Part shown: in pieces, positions 41,203 to 54,643 of the stretch | Layout: every line of letters begins with the position of its first letter | Numbering within the stretch: the stretch's first letter is position 1 | NCBI GenBank assembly: GCA_009103225.1 | Contig: RHPI01000560.1 | Coordinates: 293,465 to 357,464 of the forward strand | DNA from: Chlorokybus atmophyticus | Lineage: Eukaryota; Plantae; Mesostigma and Chlorokybus algae | DNA length: 64,000 nt | Direction: 5' to 3' | Made by a program: the position numbers and the translations under genes | Notes under the pieces: model-generated | Databases searched by the model: none | The model's input: only the letters and a program-made list of their open reading frames with translations | Told to the model about the DNA's origin: nothing

Positions 41203-43179
41203 CTACTGCCTGTCCCACTCTAACCGGCGCAGCAAGTAGCTGACCTGCGAAGAGAGAATGCGGCACACAGAGGAGTCTTGATACACGAGTTGCCAAGCTC
41301 AAGATGGAAGCAACAACACATACATGCAGGCTTTACCTGCACCTCCTTTGTCAACGGCATGATCCAATCTTCATACATGCGTGCAACGAGTTGTGGGGAT
41401 ATCTTGTGCTTGATGTTGTCGCCAACGCTTGGTGTTTCAGACAGCGTAACCTCCTGAGTTGTCAGCACTTGAACAACCAGTAATGACAGAGACATACACA
41501 CATGTACACGCGCGCATGCGCATGCAAATGGACTAACACACAACGAACCTGACTGTACACGCTCGCCTTGCGCTCCACGCGCTGAATGACGCTCTCCTCA
41601 ACTTTTTGGAAGGTCAGCAGCTGCATCAACCCCTCACGATCCTGCCGCAAAAGCAAGTTATGTAGGTATGTTATACTAATGTGGATGTCGACCGTGTCAG
41701 CTTGTATAATGCTTGAGCTTTGTCATTGAGGCAGCTGCAAACACCTGATTTCGAATCAATGGGATGTACGTGCTGGGCGAGTCTGTAAACTTGGCTTCGG
41801 CAACAAACTTTCCATAGTGAATGCGCTTTGACAAAGCCTGCATGATCATCATCAAGACAATAACACTCAATCGTTTGCATGCAGGGCTCTTACTTCAGCT
41901 TGAGCCATTGTTGGAACGAGACGCATGCAGCATGCATGTGAAATGTCATTGTAAATAAGACTTGCCTGTAAGCAAAGGACGTCGAGTGTGGCAGCGGATC
42001 CATAGTTGAAATCGTTGCCCGGCTCGCTTATTGCAGGAAGCACCTCCTCAAGGTAAAGCTTCATGATGCTCGGGTTGATGTTTATTGACGACGCGAATGG
42101 CGCAAGAATCTGCACACGGCCAATGCAAACAATGGGCATGTCTCTACCACGTACACGCACACATGCATGCACCCACAGGCACAGTCCCTCCATCCAGCAT
42201 CAGCATCAAACACATCAAGCAACCATCATGCATCATGGTGTTGTGGTATTCCAGTTGTGTTTTGCGCGAATGTTGCCAGTCATGGCTGGTTGTGTGCACA
42301 TACCTCGGGGAAGGTGAGTGGCGGCAGCAACGCTTCCGGCAATTGTTCCGGAAAGAACGGATGCTCATCAGGACTCGTGTATCGGCGCACCTAAGTAGAT
42401 TGCACAACTTTCACGCCATACTCGTGTTTGCATACCAGAGCTTGACACAACAGACAGGCTCACAACACCTTTGCGTGGAGTGCTTCTGTCTCTTTGAGAA
42501 TGTAGTCCAGCAGCGAGCCGTCGAAGCCCGGTATGGGTATGGCGTGGCGGTCGTACGTGGGAGTGTTGCGCCGGAACTGTGCGCGCTCGATGAGAGAGTA
42601 GATGATGCTGTCCTCCTGACGGATCAACGCGTCGCGCACGGTGACCAGCGTGAACTGCTGCGAGAGGTCGTCCTCACTTGTCCTGCAAGCACATTGGAAA
42701 CAATGATGATGCATTGAACATGTGGAGTGAACATGAGGGCTGCTTACCATTGCCACAGCACGCTGGTCAACACCAAATGTCATCTACAAAAAATGCACAG
42801 AAATGCCCACACACATATACACACTTGTAATCGCGCACAAGCAAACACACTTGCGCAGTTGCACATGCATGAACAAGAGGCACAAACACTTCACCCTTAC
42901 GATCATAATGCAAGTAGAGCAAGACAACTCGGTCCTTTGTGGCGTCACATTGTCACGCTCAACACACACATTGCATGCTGCACACTTGATGCTGTTGAGC
43001 CACAACAAGCTTGCACAACGTAAACACTGTACATGCGATGCGTGTGGCGGTGCAATGCGCTACAAACTGCGTACACACAGTGTTTCTGCACACAACCGCA
43101 AACACACACCCGCTTGACAAAGACAATGCATGTATTACGCTGCAACACGCATTGCACATACACGCACATACAGTGTTTG

Positions 43180-43218
<39 letters not shown>

Positions 43219-43733
43219 CTGCTTGACGATGACTCCCTTGCGTCCGTCGACACAGCCGCAATGGGGTAAAACGCCCGCATGGCGATGGCACACTTCACGC
43301 TGAGCCTGGGCTTCAACCTTGGGATGAATTGTTCTACAAGAGCTGAGACAACTCTGCTGCTACGCTGTGCAACACTCTTCACCTCCTCCTTGCGCAGTCC
43401 CACAAAGGCCGCGGCAGGCAAGGAAGCTGTCGCTATGGCTGTCGTCACAGCCACAGCCACCATCAGTGGCAAAAGGCCAGTAAACGGGGTGCTGTGGAGG
43501 CAGGATTGAAGGCTATCACACCAAAAAGGGGGGTTTGCTGCTTTCAGCAGCAAAAACAGAAACAGAAAGCTCAGGTGCTGTGTTTCTTGTAGCAAGCTAG
43601 CAGGCTAGTAGCAGCCTCAGTGCCACCAGTAGCGCCAAGCTAGAGCCTGCATGCTGCGGCCGCTCCACCTGGGCAATGTCTCCCTCCCCATCAACGTCGA
43701 CGACGACAACGGCAAGGAGGCAGGAGCCGCCAT
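41203..43733 (-). CDS. CM: Plant-type (AroQ) chorismate mutase with transit peptide
   Basis: VRDALIRQEDSIIYSLIERAQF, VRRYTSPDEHPFFP, ININPSIMKLY, NYGSAATLDVLCLQ|ALSKRIHYGKFVAEAKF, LMQLLTF..VEE, YEDWIMPLTKEVQV..YLLRRL. The start is either Met 43463 (MVAVAVTT) or a spliced upstream exon from 43733 (MAAPASLPLSSS). Confidence 0.95.
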
Positions 43734-44299
43734 GGCCTACCACAACACCACACAACAATATCATGCTATGCCCACACGCAAATGCACTGCGGCGGCGGAG
43801 GAGGCGGCGGCGAAGGAGGCGACGCCTGTCTTGCGGGGCTGGTGTTGTCGATGGTGTCTCCAACGATGTCGCCGCCATGTTGAAGAGGAGCTTGGGCTTG
43901 AGCTGAGCCTCTGGAGCTGGTTGGGTGAACGCAGGGGACTGCGGGTGTCCCACATGTGAGTGCAGCTTGCTTGGTGGTCTCATCCAATGTTGCTGGCATA
44001 ACAGCCGCAAGACAAGGACACTCACAGCTGTACGCAACAAGCTCAGCTGTGCCTTCGGTCTCGATTTATTTCGGGCTTCAGTCGTTGACAAAGCACAAGC
44101 TTGCAATGTTTAGCGCAGTGTGTGGGGAATTGTCCATCAGTGTGAATGCCCGTCAGCCGATAGCAGTCCTCAAAGCCGACCAATTGAGTGACCAGACCAT
44201 GTCTGTGATTGTGTCCGAGTGTAAGAAGCGAGTAAGCCTTCTTGTGCTCTGCAGTGAGTGAGTGAGCGCTTGTGACACACACGTGCGTGCGCACACACT

Positions 44300-45065
44300 A
44301 TGGCTGTAAGCGATAACGGCAGCAGCTGCAACTATTACGAGCTGCTGGCTGTCTCACCACGAGCGACAGTCGCACAGCTGCGAAAGGCATACTTGGCTGC
44401 TGCACTCTCATCGCATCCTGACCAAAGCAAAGACAATACCAATAGCAAGACAGAACGCTTCCACCAGATTCAGGTACAGAGAAACAGAGATTACACTCTT
44501 TGCTCTATTCACTCAGTGATCAGAATTGTCTTGTTTAGGCTTGTGCTTGAAATAGGGCTGAGTTTGGTGCAATTGTTGTTTGACTGCAGGAAGCTTGGGA
44601 GGTTCTGCGCGATGCAAGGAAGCGCGCAGAGTATGACAGCCGGTTGCAGTGTGAGTTTTCTGCTGTAAGGATTGTGTGAGGACTTGTGTGTTGTGTTATA
44701 GTGTCAACCTGCATGCTTGCAGTTGCGCAAGGCCGGCTGGAGGCCATACCGGTCAATGAGGAGATTGATCTTTCGGCAATGGCCACCGCAACGAACCATG
44801 AAGGTGAGTGGACTTGTTGCAGTTTTGTGTATGCGAGACGTGCATCATCTGAAGAGCAATGCCACATTTGGAAGAACGGCCTTTCTTGATGCATCACAGC
44901 GCATCACACAACTTGCAATATTCAGGCCAATCAGAGTACACCTACCCCTGTCGCTGTGGCGGTGAGTATATCCTCCTTGAAGGCGACGTCCCGGATGTTG
45001 CCGCGGCTGCTGTGCTGCAGTGCGAGTCCTGTTCGCTTTACATCCGAGTGGCCATGTCGCGTTAA
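44300..45065 (+). CDS. DPH4: Diphthamide biosynthesis protein DPH4 (J-domain + CSL zinc finger)
   Basis: J-domain NYYELLAV..QLRKAYLAAALSSHPDQ..RFHQIQ|EAWEVLRDARKRAEYD, then EEIDLSAM and YTYPCRCGGEY..LQCESCSLYIRV. Confidence 0.92.
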
Positions 45066-46228
45066 TCGGGAGTGGTGATCGTGTGGATTCACTGGACCGA
45101 TATCCGATCTGACTGCTTGACTTCAGCTTCTTACCCCCCAACACTACCAACACCGAAGCCAGTCCTTACGGGCACCAGGTTCAATGCTAGCTGAGCACCA
45201 ACATGGTGCAGCATATGTGTGAGTACACAATTACATGCACAAGCGCGCGCTCACGCGGGCACCCACAAACACATGCACGTGGGGTTGTAACGTGTGCTAG
45301 CTACATGGACATCTGCGCTGCCTAGCGACCTGCCGTACAACCTCAATCTGGTTCTTTTTTGCAGGCAGCGCTTTCGGCCCTATGTAGGAGACTGTGTAAG
45401 TCAGTGGACACGCAAGCTCGCATCTTTATCCATTGATCTGTTTTTGGTCATGCCCACCAATGATGGTCGCCCAATCTCTGCTTGTTCCTGGCAATGGATA
45501 GGAAGGGACAATCTGGCGTTGGTCATACCCTTCAGCAGCTTTGCTCATGGTGTTAGGGCACCAAGGCGCATGCAGCTCACACCTAGCAGAAGGCGAGTAG
45601 AGGAAAGGGATTGTGCATGAGGGCAAGATTGGGCAGTTGGTGATCAGCATGAGTGATGGAGGTTGGAGCATGGAGCTAGCGAGCAAACGGAGTTTGGTAA
45701 AAACTGCGGAGAGTAGATAGTCAAGGTGGGAATTGCTACATGGCTCTGTGATAGTTTACAACATTTTGCGTAGTCTCCCATCTGTATATGACACTAACAC
45801 TATGTGTGTGCGCTTGTGTGCCGTTGTGCGTGTGTCTATAGCGTGGTAGAACATACGTCTTGCATATGTTACAATCACCTTATATGCATGCGGCATTTAT
45901 GACGTCTCTTTGCACGATCATTTGTGACAGCATCATCACAGGCACATTGCAACAACAACAGCCAAGTCTTCAGTTGAAACAATGCCTACACGGCGTATGT
46001 AGTACACGCGCAGAACGCGCCCCTAGATACTGTGACAAGTGCATGCCGGGTGCATGATGTGCACCCGCAGTTGCCGTTCGCATTCACTGTGCAACCCATG
46101 TCCAAGTGATGGCCATGTGAACGTGTCACATGTCCCAAATTACCATCATAACCATGCAGCTTGTACTCTGAGAGACTTCGTAGGTCTACACTACACGAGA
46201 AAAGCCAAAAAGTCGCAGGTTACTAGCA

Positions 46229-48402
46229 TGCCCACCAGCAGCTGCCAGACCACTGCCACCACCACCACCATGCTGACGGCGACCGCGGCGGCGGTGTCGG
46301 CGCCGCGGCGGCGGTCCCCGCCGTCGTCGAGGGCGCTGTACCCGGTCGTCCTTCCGTTGGGTGCCTCCCCGTCGCTTCGGCCCGCTCCGCCAGCCAGGAA
46401 GCAGCACCGGCGGAGGGCACGCTGCCGGTAAGCTTCAGCCTGGCCAATCAGCACTTGCTGCAACACATGACTAGTGACATAGTATCACAGGCAGCGCGGT
46501 TCGTTTGTGAGTAAGTGCCACCGCTTTACTCCACGCAAACACACAACATGACGTTGATGCACTACTTGTTGCAACGTCATACACACAGGTAAGGTAGAGA
46601 ATTTATAGAGTGGCTGGTTGAAGCAAGCGAGTGCGCACATTGCGCTTGTAAGCAATGTTACAGACAACAGTTGCAAGCTTACTTAGCCACTTCATAGGCG
46701 TACTCAGTGTTGTGATGCGAGCAAAGCGCAGAAAGTAGCCATCTGCTCGCTGAAAGCAACGCTTGTCGCACACGTGCAGTGCAATCTGTCAATTGACATG
46801 TTATGCATGCATTCATGCATGCTTATGTATGCGCATGCAAACACGCACACACATACACACTTGCGCACGCGTTGGCATATGTACACACTGGCATGCACAC
46901 GCACAACTATGGCATCACAGACGTTACATGTGGCCTTTGCATTGTCAAATATGTTCATGCCATTGCGACTTTTCTTTGTCGGTGAAACTACAATTGATAT
47001 GATATTTACTGCTTTGTCTGTACAGCGCACAGGCGGAAACGGCAGCAACAAATTGCGCCACAGACGCAGCAGCCTCGGCCTCTGTGATATCGAGGACGCG
47101 CCTGTTGCGATTGGCCGCAATATACGCCGCAGCCGCCACAACCGCTGCCGCCTCCCCATCGCTATCCGCAGCCCACGCAGCTGAGCAGAAGAAGAAAAAG
47201 GCTCCCGTCATAGAAGAACCAGACATCAAGTGCGTACAACAACAAGCGAATTGGTAGTCAGCTGGTTGGTTTACTCTATTCATCGCTTACATGCGCTCAG
47301 CACTCTTCAGAAGTTACTCACATCTGCCATACTGTGACAGAGTCATCACGCGGCCGAGTGGAGTAAAGTTTCAAGGTACGCTGTTTTTGTTAACAGCAGT
47401 TGCACACAGTTTGTCTCATGCATAGCTGAATGGCCAAAGTTACATCATATGGTACTCGAGCCATATAATGGTGTACATGAAGTAGTGCTACTTGACATGT
47501 GAATTTTTACATACACGTTATGCAGAGGTGTTGGAGGGGCGAGGTGACGACGCCGACGTTGCTCGGACGGGCGATACCGCGACGTTCCACTACGTGCTGA
47601 GGAGAAGCAACGGCTACTTTGTTTACAGGTTGGACTTGAGTCAGTTACGGTTGCTATGGTGAGGTTGCTGTGTGTGTGCCATGAAGGTTCTTACTTGCGT
47701 GCATTGTGTGCATGGCAGCACCGTGCAGGAAGATGCGCCGTTCATTGCTAGGATAGGCACAGGCCAGGTGAGACTCTGTCGGTCGTCTGGTACATTGCTT
47801 GTGCGTGCGTATGTGTGAGCGGCTGCATGTGCGCACACTTGAACATATGTGTGCATGCGCGTGCCTGCCCGTGCGTGCATGCATTGCGTGCAAGTTCAAG
47901 CATGCAGAACAAATGGTGTGCATCTTTTGCCAATCGCACATCACACACGTCTCTCTTGTTGCAGTTGATACCGGGCCTTAGCGACGTGTTGCAAGGCATG
48001 AAGCCGGGAGGTAAGTACCAGGTCTTGTGCGCAAACACAAACTCATATATTCTTGTGATGGTGAGTTGGCATAGAAACTCTACGGTGTGCTGTGTTGTGC
48101 TGCAGGCAAGAGGAGAGCACTGGTGCCGCCCTCACAGGGGTACATGGGTCTGAATGGTGAAGTGGACCCCAACCTGCAGCCGATGCCCGTGGGGGTGAGC
48201 GTGTGTGTATGTGCGCGCGTGCGCCTGCACACGCGGCGTTGTGTTGTCTGTAAGTGGAGGAGGTGATTGACACTGCATGATAATACTCATGTTGGGTATC
48301 CTTGTTTGTGCGCAGTTTGGACCGAAGCGTAGCCTGTACGCCCACGCCTCAGAGCCGCTCGTGTTCGAGATACAACTACTGAAACTAAAGCACTCCAGTT
48401 GA
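46229..48402 (+). CDS. FKBP17-1: Thylakoid-lumen FKBP-type PPIase (FKBP17-1-like)
   Basis: Bipartite transit peptide (..SRTRLLRLAAIYAAAA..AHA). GDTATFHYVLRRSNGYFVYS; LIPGLSDVLQGMKPGG|KRRALVPPSQGY; FGPKRSLYAHASEPLVFEIQLLK. Confidence 0.88.
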
Positions 48403-49522
48403 TGGTGTACTCCCCTTTGACTTGACATGTGGGTGGACCGCTTGCATGTTTGTGCCTATCAGTCACTCTTTGTGCTATGCATTATAGTGGCGTCATGAGC
48501 ATGCTTGTACACCGCTTCGCTTGTTATGAGCGACTTAACTCATGTCTCAGAGCGGGTCTTGATCATGCTACATTCTGCTGTTACGTTGTGTTATCTTGCC
48601 ATGATGATTGCCAGAGGACAATGTCTTGTACATGGTGGCAAAGTCCATCCAATTGATACAGCACTGGTCACTGTTGCATTGTGTCGTTGATGCCACCACA
48701 CTCTTGAGAGCGCATCAAAAGACAAGTGCAGTAGTTGCTCCGTGTAAGATGAGTTCAAGATGTTGTGTGGTGGTGGAGAGTCTATGCCGTCTACGTGCGA
48801 GGTTGCTGCTGAACAATGCGCGCTGCTTGGCTTTTTCTCCCAAATAGGCCCTGCCTTCTCTGCCCAGAGCCTCACCCATGAGTCGTGGCAACCGCTGCGG
48901 CCGTATCGTGTTGAGCGTCACCCCAACAGTGTGACTCCTGCGACAGAAAATCTGGCAGATTGTCCCGTTGCGAACGTGACACATGACGCATGCACGTGCA
49001 CACATTCTCACCGCACGCCAGATCAGTCACCCCTCGCCTCGCCTGCTGTCCTCCCTCACTTCCCAGCCTCTTACTCAGTGTACAGTACCAGTCGCACACA
49101 CTATTGCCAGGATTGCGATAGCATCTTCGAGTTTTGGTACACAATTCACACGCCTCAAGCAGTCGCACGCAACTTCAACAAGAAACTTCGTGCCTACGCG
49201 CGAGGTGAAGGGGAGGCTGCAGCCAGGAACATTTGTCATCTAATATTATTGCGAGGCTCGTCAAATAACATTTGACACGACGACAGCATCGCCACGTCTC
49301 AGTCGGCCTCTGCTGCTTGGGGCAGAGCCCACAACAACTGAAATGGGAAGCTACACACTACCAGCAGCTAATAAAATCAAAATAGTCTAAGACACGCCTA
49401 GCCTTCACTTCAGAGAAGGGGACATTATTGGCAAATAGCAGCTTAGGGGTGTCTTATTCTACCCAACATATATACGTCAACACTAGAGTGTTGATAACAA
49501 CATATGGGAGTCTTGCTGCTGT

Positions 49523-52500
49523 CTACAGCAGCAACAACATGAGGGATGCCATCAACCCACCCGCAACAGCGATCCGCGAGGCCACAATGTTGGCTGACCC
49601 CGCGTTGGGTGCGGGTGCGGGCACGGATGCGTTGGGACTCAAACCAAAACCAAAGTCAAATGGTGGCGGCGGGGCAACTAGTGTGGAGTTGGTGTCATTG
49701 ATAAAAGACGGTGCGGGAGCAGGTGAGACAACGTAAAGAGGAGCAGGCACGGGAGCGAACCCGGGAGCGAGTACGGGTGCGGGTGCGGGTGCAGATACAG
49801 GTGTTGTTGTTGTTGGCGCAGGTGCGGGGGCGGGCGGAGGGACCTCCGCGACACGCCCTTGTGCACACAGAAAACAGAACACACAGTGAGCAAGAGTGGA
49901 CAAGGGTGAGAGTGGTTGGAGGGAGAAGTGTGTGCGCTTACCGGCTGCTAGGGTGGTGAAGGTGAACTTGGTGCCGAGCTTGCAGGCGCCATTGGCGCTG
50001 GATATCACGTAGTAAGTGGTGTTGGGCGCAAGAACAAGCGTGTAGGGAGAAGTGTCTCCCACCTTTGAGAAAGACAAGCGAGGGTCATACACGCATAATA
50101 TTTGCACTTACTCACATACACGCGCAAGCGCACACAGGCAAGTACACACTCTTTTCAGAGCACACAAGCTTGCATAAGAGTAGACGCACGCATGCGTGCG
50201 CAAGCACACGCAAGCAGTAACATATATACAAACACACATACACATGCTATTCTGTATATACATGCATGCGCGCACTCACCAAGTTGCCAGATGCAGTGCA
50301 GGAGTCATACGAGGCCTTGTCGCTGACTAGGAAGACATTGTGTGTTGTTGGGTCGAAGACAAACAACAAGGCATCGCCGCCGGTGGCGTTGTTGGCCAAC
50401 ACCTGGTTAGCCCAATCCTGGTACAATGTCAAGCTCTGCACACACAATAAAGAACAGGTGAGTACTCGATGGTCCAAAGAACCACTTTCACACCCAGACT
50501 GGAGCTCATCCCACCTCGTTGGCAGCGGTGTACACAATAGGGAAGTCCCAGTTGACTGATGAGGTGATAAGAGGTGCACCCACGGGGAAGGTGTAACCCG
50601 TGAGTGCGGGAGGGGAAGCCACAGGTGCAGGCGCAGGAGCAACAGGTTCTACATCACAACATGTCACGAGTGAGTAGCCGACAAGTACAGACAATACGCT
50701 GTGGCGTGCGATGCGACTATTGATGCTTACTGCTTGCTTTGCCGGTTTTGAAGGTGAACTTCATGCCGAGACCGCAGGCGTCCGAGCTGCTGGATATCAC
50801 GTAGTAAGTTGTGTCGTCCGCAAGGACAAGTGTGAAGGGAGAAGTCTCCGCCACCTTAAAAGACGAGAGAGTCTCACCACACTCTCTTCAGAGCACACAG
50901 TCTTGCATTAGAAGAGATGCAAGTACATGCTACTACTCCCACGTACCAGTTTGCCCACTGGCTTGCAGGCATCATAGGAGGCCTTGTCGCTGACAAGGAA
51001 GACATTGAAGTTGGTTGGGTCGAACACAAACGTCAAGGCATCACCGCCGGTGGCATTGTTGGCCAACACCTGGTCTGCCCATCCTTGGTAGAACGTCAAG
51101 CTCTGCACACAACACAGAGAAGTGCAAGTAAGCCAACTCTCGTCGTTCAGGACCCACACCAAAGAAGTGCAACCACACCCAAACTGGAGTCTCACCACAT
51201 TTGCGGTAGTGAACACAATGGGGAAGTCCCAGTTGACTGATGAATTGATGAGGGGTGCACCCACAGGGAAGTTGTAACCTGTGAGTGGTGGAGGAGGGGA
51301 CACGGGGGCTGGTGCAGGAGGTGGCACGGGACCTAGAGAGAAACACAACAAAATATTAACAGTGAGCCAACAGGAATCAACCATGAACACTATGGCACGC
51401 AAGTATTCACCAAGAAACTCTCAAGTCACAACATGCATGGGATACTGAAGCTTGCAGGGAGTGTGTTAGCAATGTGGGCTTACTGCTGGCTTTGCCGGTT
51501 GTGAAGGTAAACTTCATGCCGAGGCTGCAGGCGTCTGGGCTGCTGGAGATCACGTAGTAAGTGGTATCATCCGCTAGGACAAGTGTGTAGGGGGAAGACT
51601 TCGCCACCTTCAGAGAAGAACAAGAGGGTCACACAAGCAGTGTAGGTATGCGCACATGATCGTGCACACGTACACGTATGCACATGCGAGTCGATCAGAG
51701 CAGCACAAGCTTGCAAACAGACGCACACGCCCGCAAACACACGCAAGCATCAACACGTACAGACACAAACATACACTCACCAATTTGCCCACTGCCTTGC
51801 ATGCGTCATAAGAGGCCTTGTCGCTGACGAGGAAGACATTAAAGTTGGTTGGGTCAAACACGAACGTCAAGGCATCCCCACCGGTGGCATTGTTCTTCAG
51901 AACCTGGTCCGCCCACTCCTGGTAGAACGTCAAACTCTGCATGACACACAGAAAAGGTCAGCAGCCAACTCCTGAACCGAACCCAACACAACACAACCCA
52001 ACCCAACCTAGAGTGGAGTCCTACCACATTTGCGGTGGTGTACACAATGGGGAAGTCCCAGTTGACAGATGAGGTGATGAGGGGTGCACCCACGGGGAAG
52101 TCGTAACCCGTAAGAGGAGGAGGTGGGGCCTCCACAGGTGCGGGTGTAGGTGTAGGGGGAGCGGGACCTGAAACACAACATGTGACTAGTGAGATGACAA
52201 GAACAGATACTCAGATCCCAGCATGCACACGAAAAAGAGGTGCTTGCAGAGACTGCTCAGCAGTATGTGGGGCTTACTGCTAGCTTTGCCGGTCTTGAAG
52301 GTGAACTTCATGCCGAGAGTGCACGCGTCCGGGGCGCTGGATGTGATGTAGTAAGTGGTGTCGTCCGCTAGGACAAGCGTGTATGGGGAGTTGCTGCTCA
52401 GCTTCAAGGCAGACAAGAAGAGGGTTACACACGCATGCAGATGCACATGCACATGCACAAGCGTGCAAGCGCATGCACATACCAACTTGCCCACTGCCTT

Positions 52501-54386
52501 GCAGCTGTCATATGAAGCCTTGTCGCTGACAAGGAATACGTTGAAGTTGGTTGGGTCAAACACGAATGACAAGGCGTCGCCGCCGGTGGCATTGTTGGCC
52601 AACACCTGGTCCGCCCAGTCCTGGTAGAATGTCAAGCTCTGTGTACACACACACCACACAAAATCCAGGTGAGTACCCAACCCAACATGGACCGAGCAGC
52701 AACACCACTGGGTATCCCCACCCCACCTGGTTTGCAAAGGTGTACACAATAGGGAAGTCCCAGTTTACTGATGAGGTGATGATGGGTGCACCCACGGGGA
52801 AGGTATAACCCGTAAGAGGAGGAGGTGGGGACTCCACTGGGGGTGCGGGAGTGGGCGCAGCTGCAACTGGGGCTGGTGCAGGGGGAGGAATGGAACCTAA
52901 ACAACACAACAACATGTGAGCAGTAAGCACTTGCTGTGCTGTGCTTGCCTGGTGAAGACATGTGTGCGTACTGGTTCCTCTGCCGGTTGTGAAGGTAAAC
53001 TTCATGCCGAGTTTGCAGGCGTCCGGGGTGCTGGCTGTCACGTAGTAAGTGGTCTCGTCATCCAGTTGGAGCGTGAAGGGAGAGTTGGTTGCCACCTTCA
53101 GCAAGAACAATAGGGTTACACATGCATGCAGGTGCCTTTCACTCGCACACACACGTGGGCACGCACCCTCCGGCCGTCTGCCACGCAAGCGTCATACGCG
53201 GTCTTGTCCGTGGCGAGGAAGATGTTGAAGTTGGTCGGGTCGAACACAAATGTCAAGGAGTCGTCGCCCGTCACGTTGTTCTTCAGCACTTGGTCCGCCC
53301 ATGACTGGTAGAACGTCAAGCTCTGCACGACACACGTTGCACGCCAACGAGGAGTTAATCCAACAACATACAGTAGACCTGACCAGACCAGACCAGACTG
53401 GATTAGTCATAGTGTCTTACCTGGTCTGCGGTGGTGTACACAATGGGGAAGTCCCAGTTGACAGATGAGGTGATGAGGGGTGCACCCACGGGGAAGTCGT
53501 AACCCGTTGATGTGGGAGGAGCTGGCACAGGAGCACCAGCACCACTGCCTAGACACAACAAGTCATGTGAGCACACAGCAAGCACACACTCAGGCACTGC
53601 GTCCTGGTGCATGCAGTAACTGGTGTTCGTTATGTGCTTACCAGCTGATGAGCCAGTTGTGAAGGTAAACTTCATGCCAAGCTTGCAGGCGTCCGGGGTG
53701 CTGCTTATCACGTAGTACGTGGTGTCATCGTCCAGGTCGAGGGAATAGGGAGAAGTTGTCGCCACCTTAAGCGAAGAGAATACAGGTTGACATGTAAGCG
53801 TCCTCAACCCAGTTAACCATTCACACATGCATGACCATATATACAGACAGGTACACACGCGAACATACACACGCAGATGCAGACACGCACTGACACGGAC
53901 ACGCGTGCGTGCTGCATTGCCATCAACATGCATTGACACACACAACCACGCACGCACCCTCTCGCCCACTGCCTTGCAGGCGTCATATGAGGTCTTGTCG
54001 CTGACAAGGAAGACATTGTTGACGGTGGGGTCGAACACGAAGGCCAAAGTGTCCGCACCCGTCGCGTTGTTCGCCAGCACCTGGTCCGCCCAGTTCTGGT
54101 AGAACGTCAAGCTCTGCGCACACACATTGCATGCACAAGGTGAGCCGATGTGAGCCTTGTAAGCTGCTGATTTGACCGGACCGGACCAGACCAGACCAGA
54201 CCAGACTGGACTGGACCCCACCTGGTCCGCGGTGGTGAAGACAATGGGGAAGTCCCAGTTCACCGTGGAGGTGATAATGGGCGCACCAATGGAGAAGTCG
54301 TACGCATGCACAGCCGGGAAGATCACCCCCAGACCAAGCACCAACACCACCGCCGCTGCTGCCGCCGCCGCCGCCGCCGCCGTCAT
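49523..54386 (-). CDS. Secreted, probably GPI-anchored chimeric arabinogalactan protein with six tandem phytocyanin (ENODL-like) domains
   Basis: Signal peptide MTAAAAAAAAAVVLVLGLGVIFPAVHA. Six copies of Y(D/T/N)FPVGAP(L/I)ITSSVNWDFPIV|SLTFYQxWADQVLxNNATGGDALxFVFDPTNFNVFLVSDKASYDxC|..SPYTLVLADDTTYYVISSxPDACxLGMKFTF, with AP/SP/TP/PPP-rich linkers. The hydrophobic C-tail is ..NAGSANIVASRIAVAGGLMASLMLLLL*. Confidence 0.88.
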
Positions 54387-54643
54387 CCTGGTAGAGCACA
54401 ACTTTGTGTCACGCAAACAGACTGACGAGACTGCACAGATGCGCTTAGGTGTGGAAAAATGAAGTCCTTGTGTTAGGGGCCCTAAGCTCCAGTCTGCAGT
54501 GCGCGACGCCAAAAGTTGACCCCGCCGTAAAAGCACGCAAAAGGGAATCCAACTCGCGTCGCGCGCTGCGACCGGCGAGCGAAAGTCAGCGGACGGGCAT
54601 CGGCCGTCTGGAATAAAGGGCCGCCTACGAATTATGCCCGGGT

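Noticed and set aside
45100-46100. Short ORFs between DPH4 and FKBP17-1
   Set aside because: No splice-consistent model or domain; probably UTR or intergenic DNA.
48700-49300. 171-aa + strand ORF with a CxxC (HYCQDCDSIF)
   Set aside because: It lies between converging 3' ends, includes intron-like low-complexity sequence and has no family motif. There is too little support to call a gene.
49523-54386. Tandem array of separate plastocyanin genes, or copper redox proteins
   Set aside because: There is only one signal peptide and one stop/GPI tail, linkers splice in frame, and the Cu ligands are absent.
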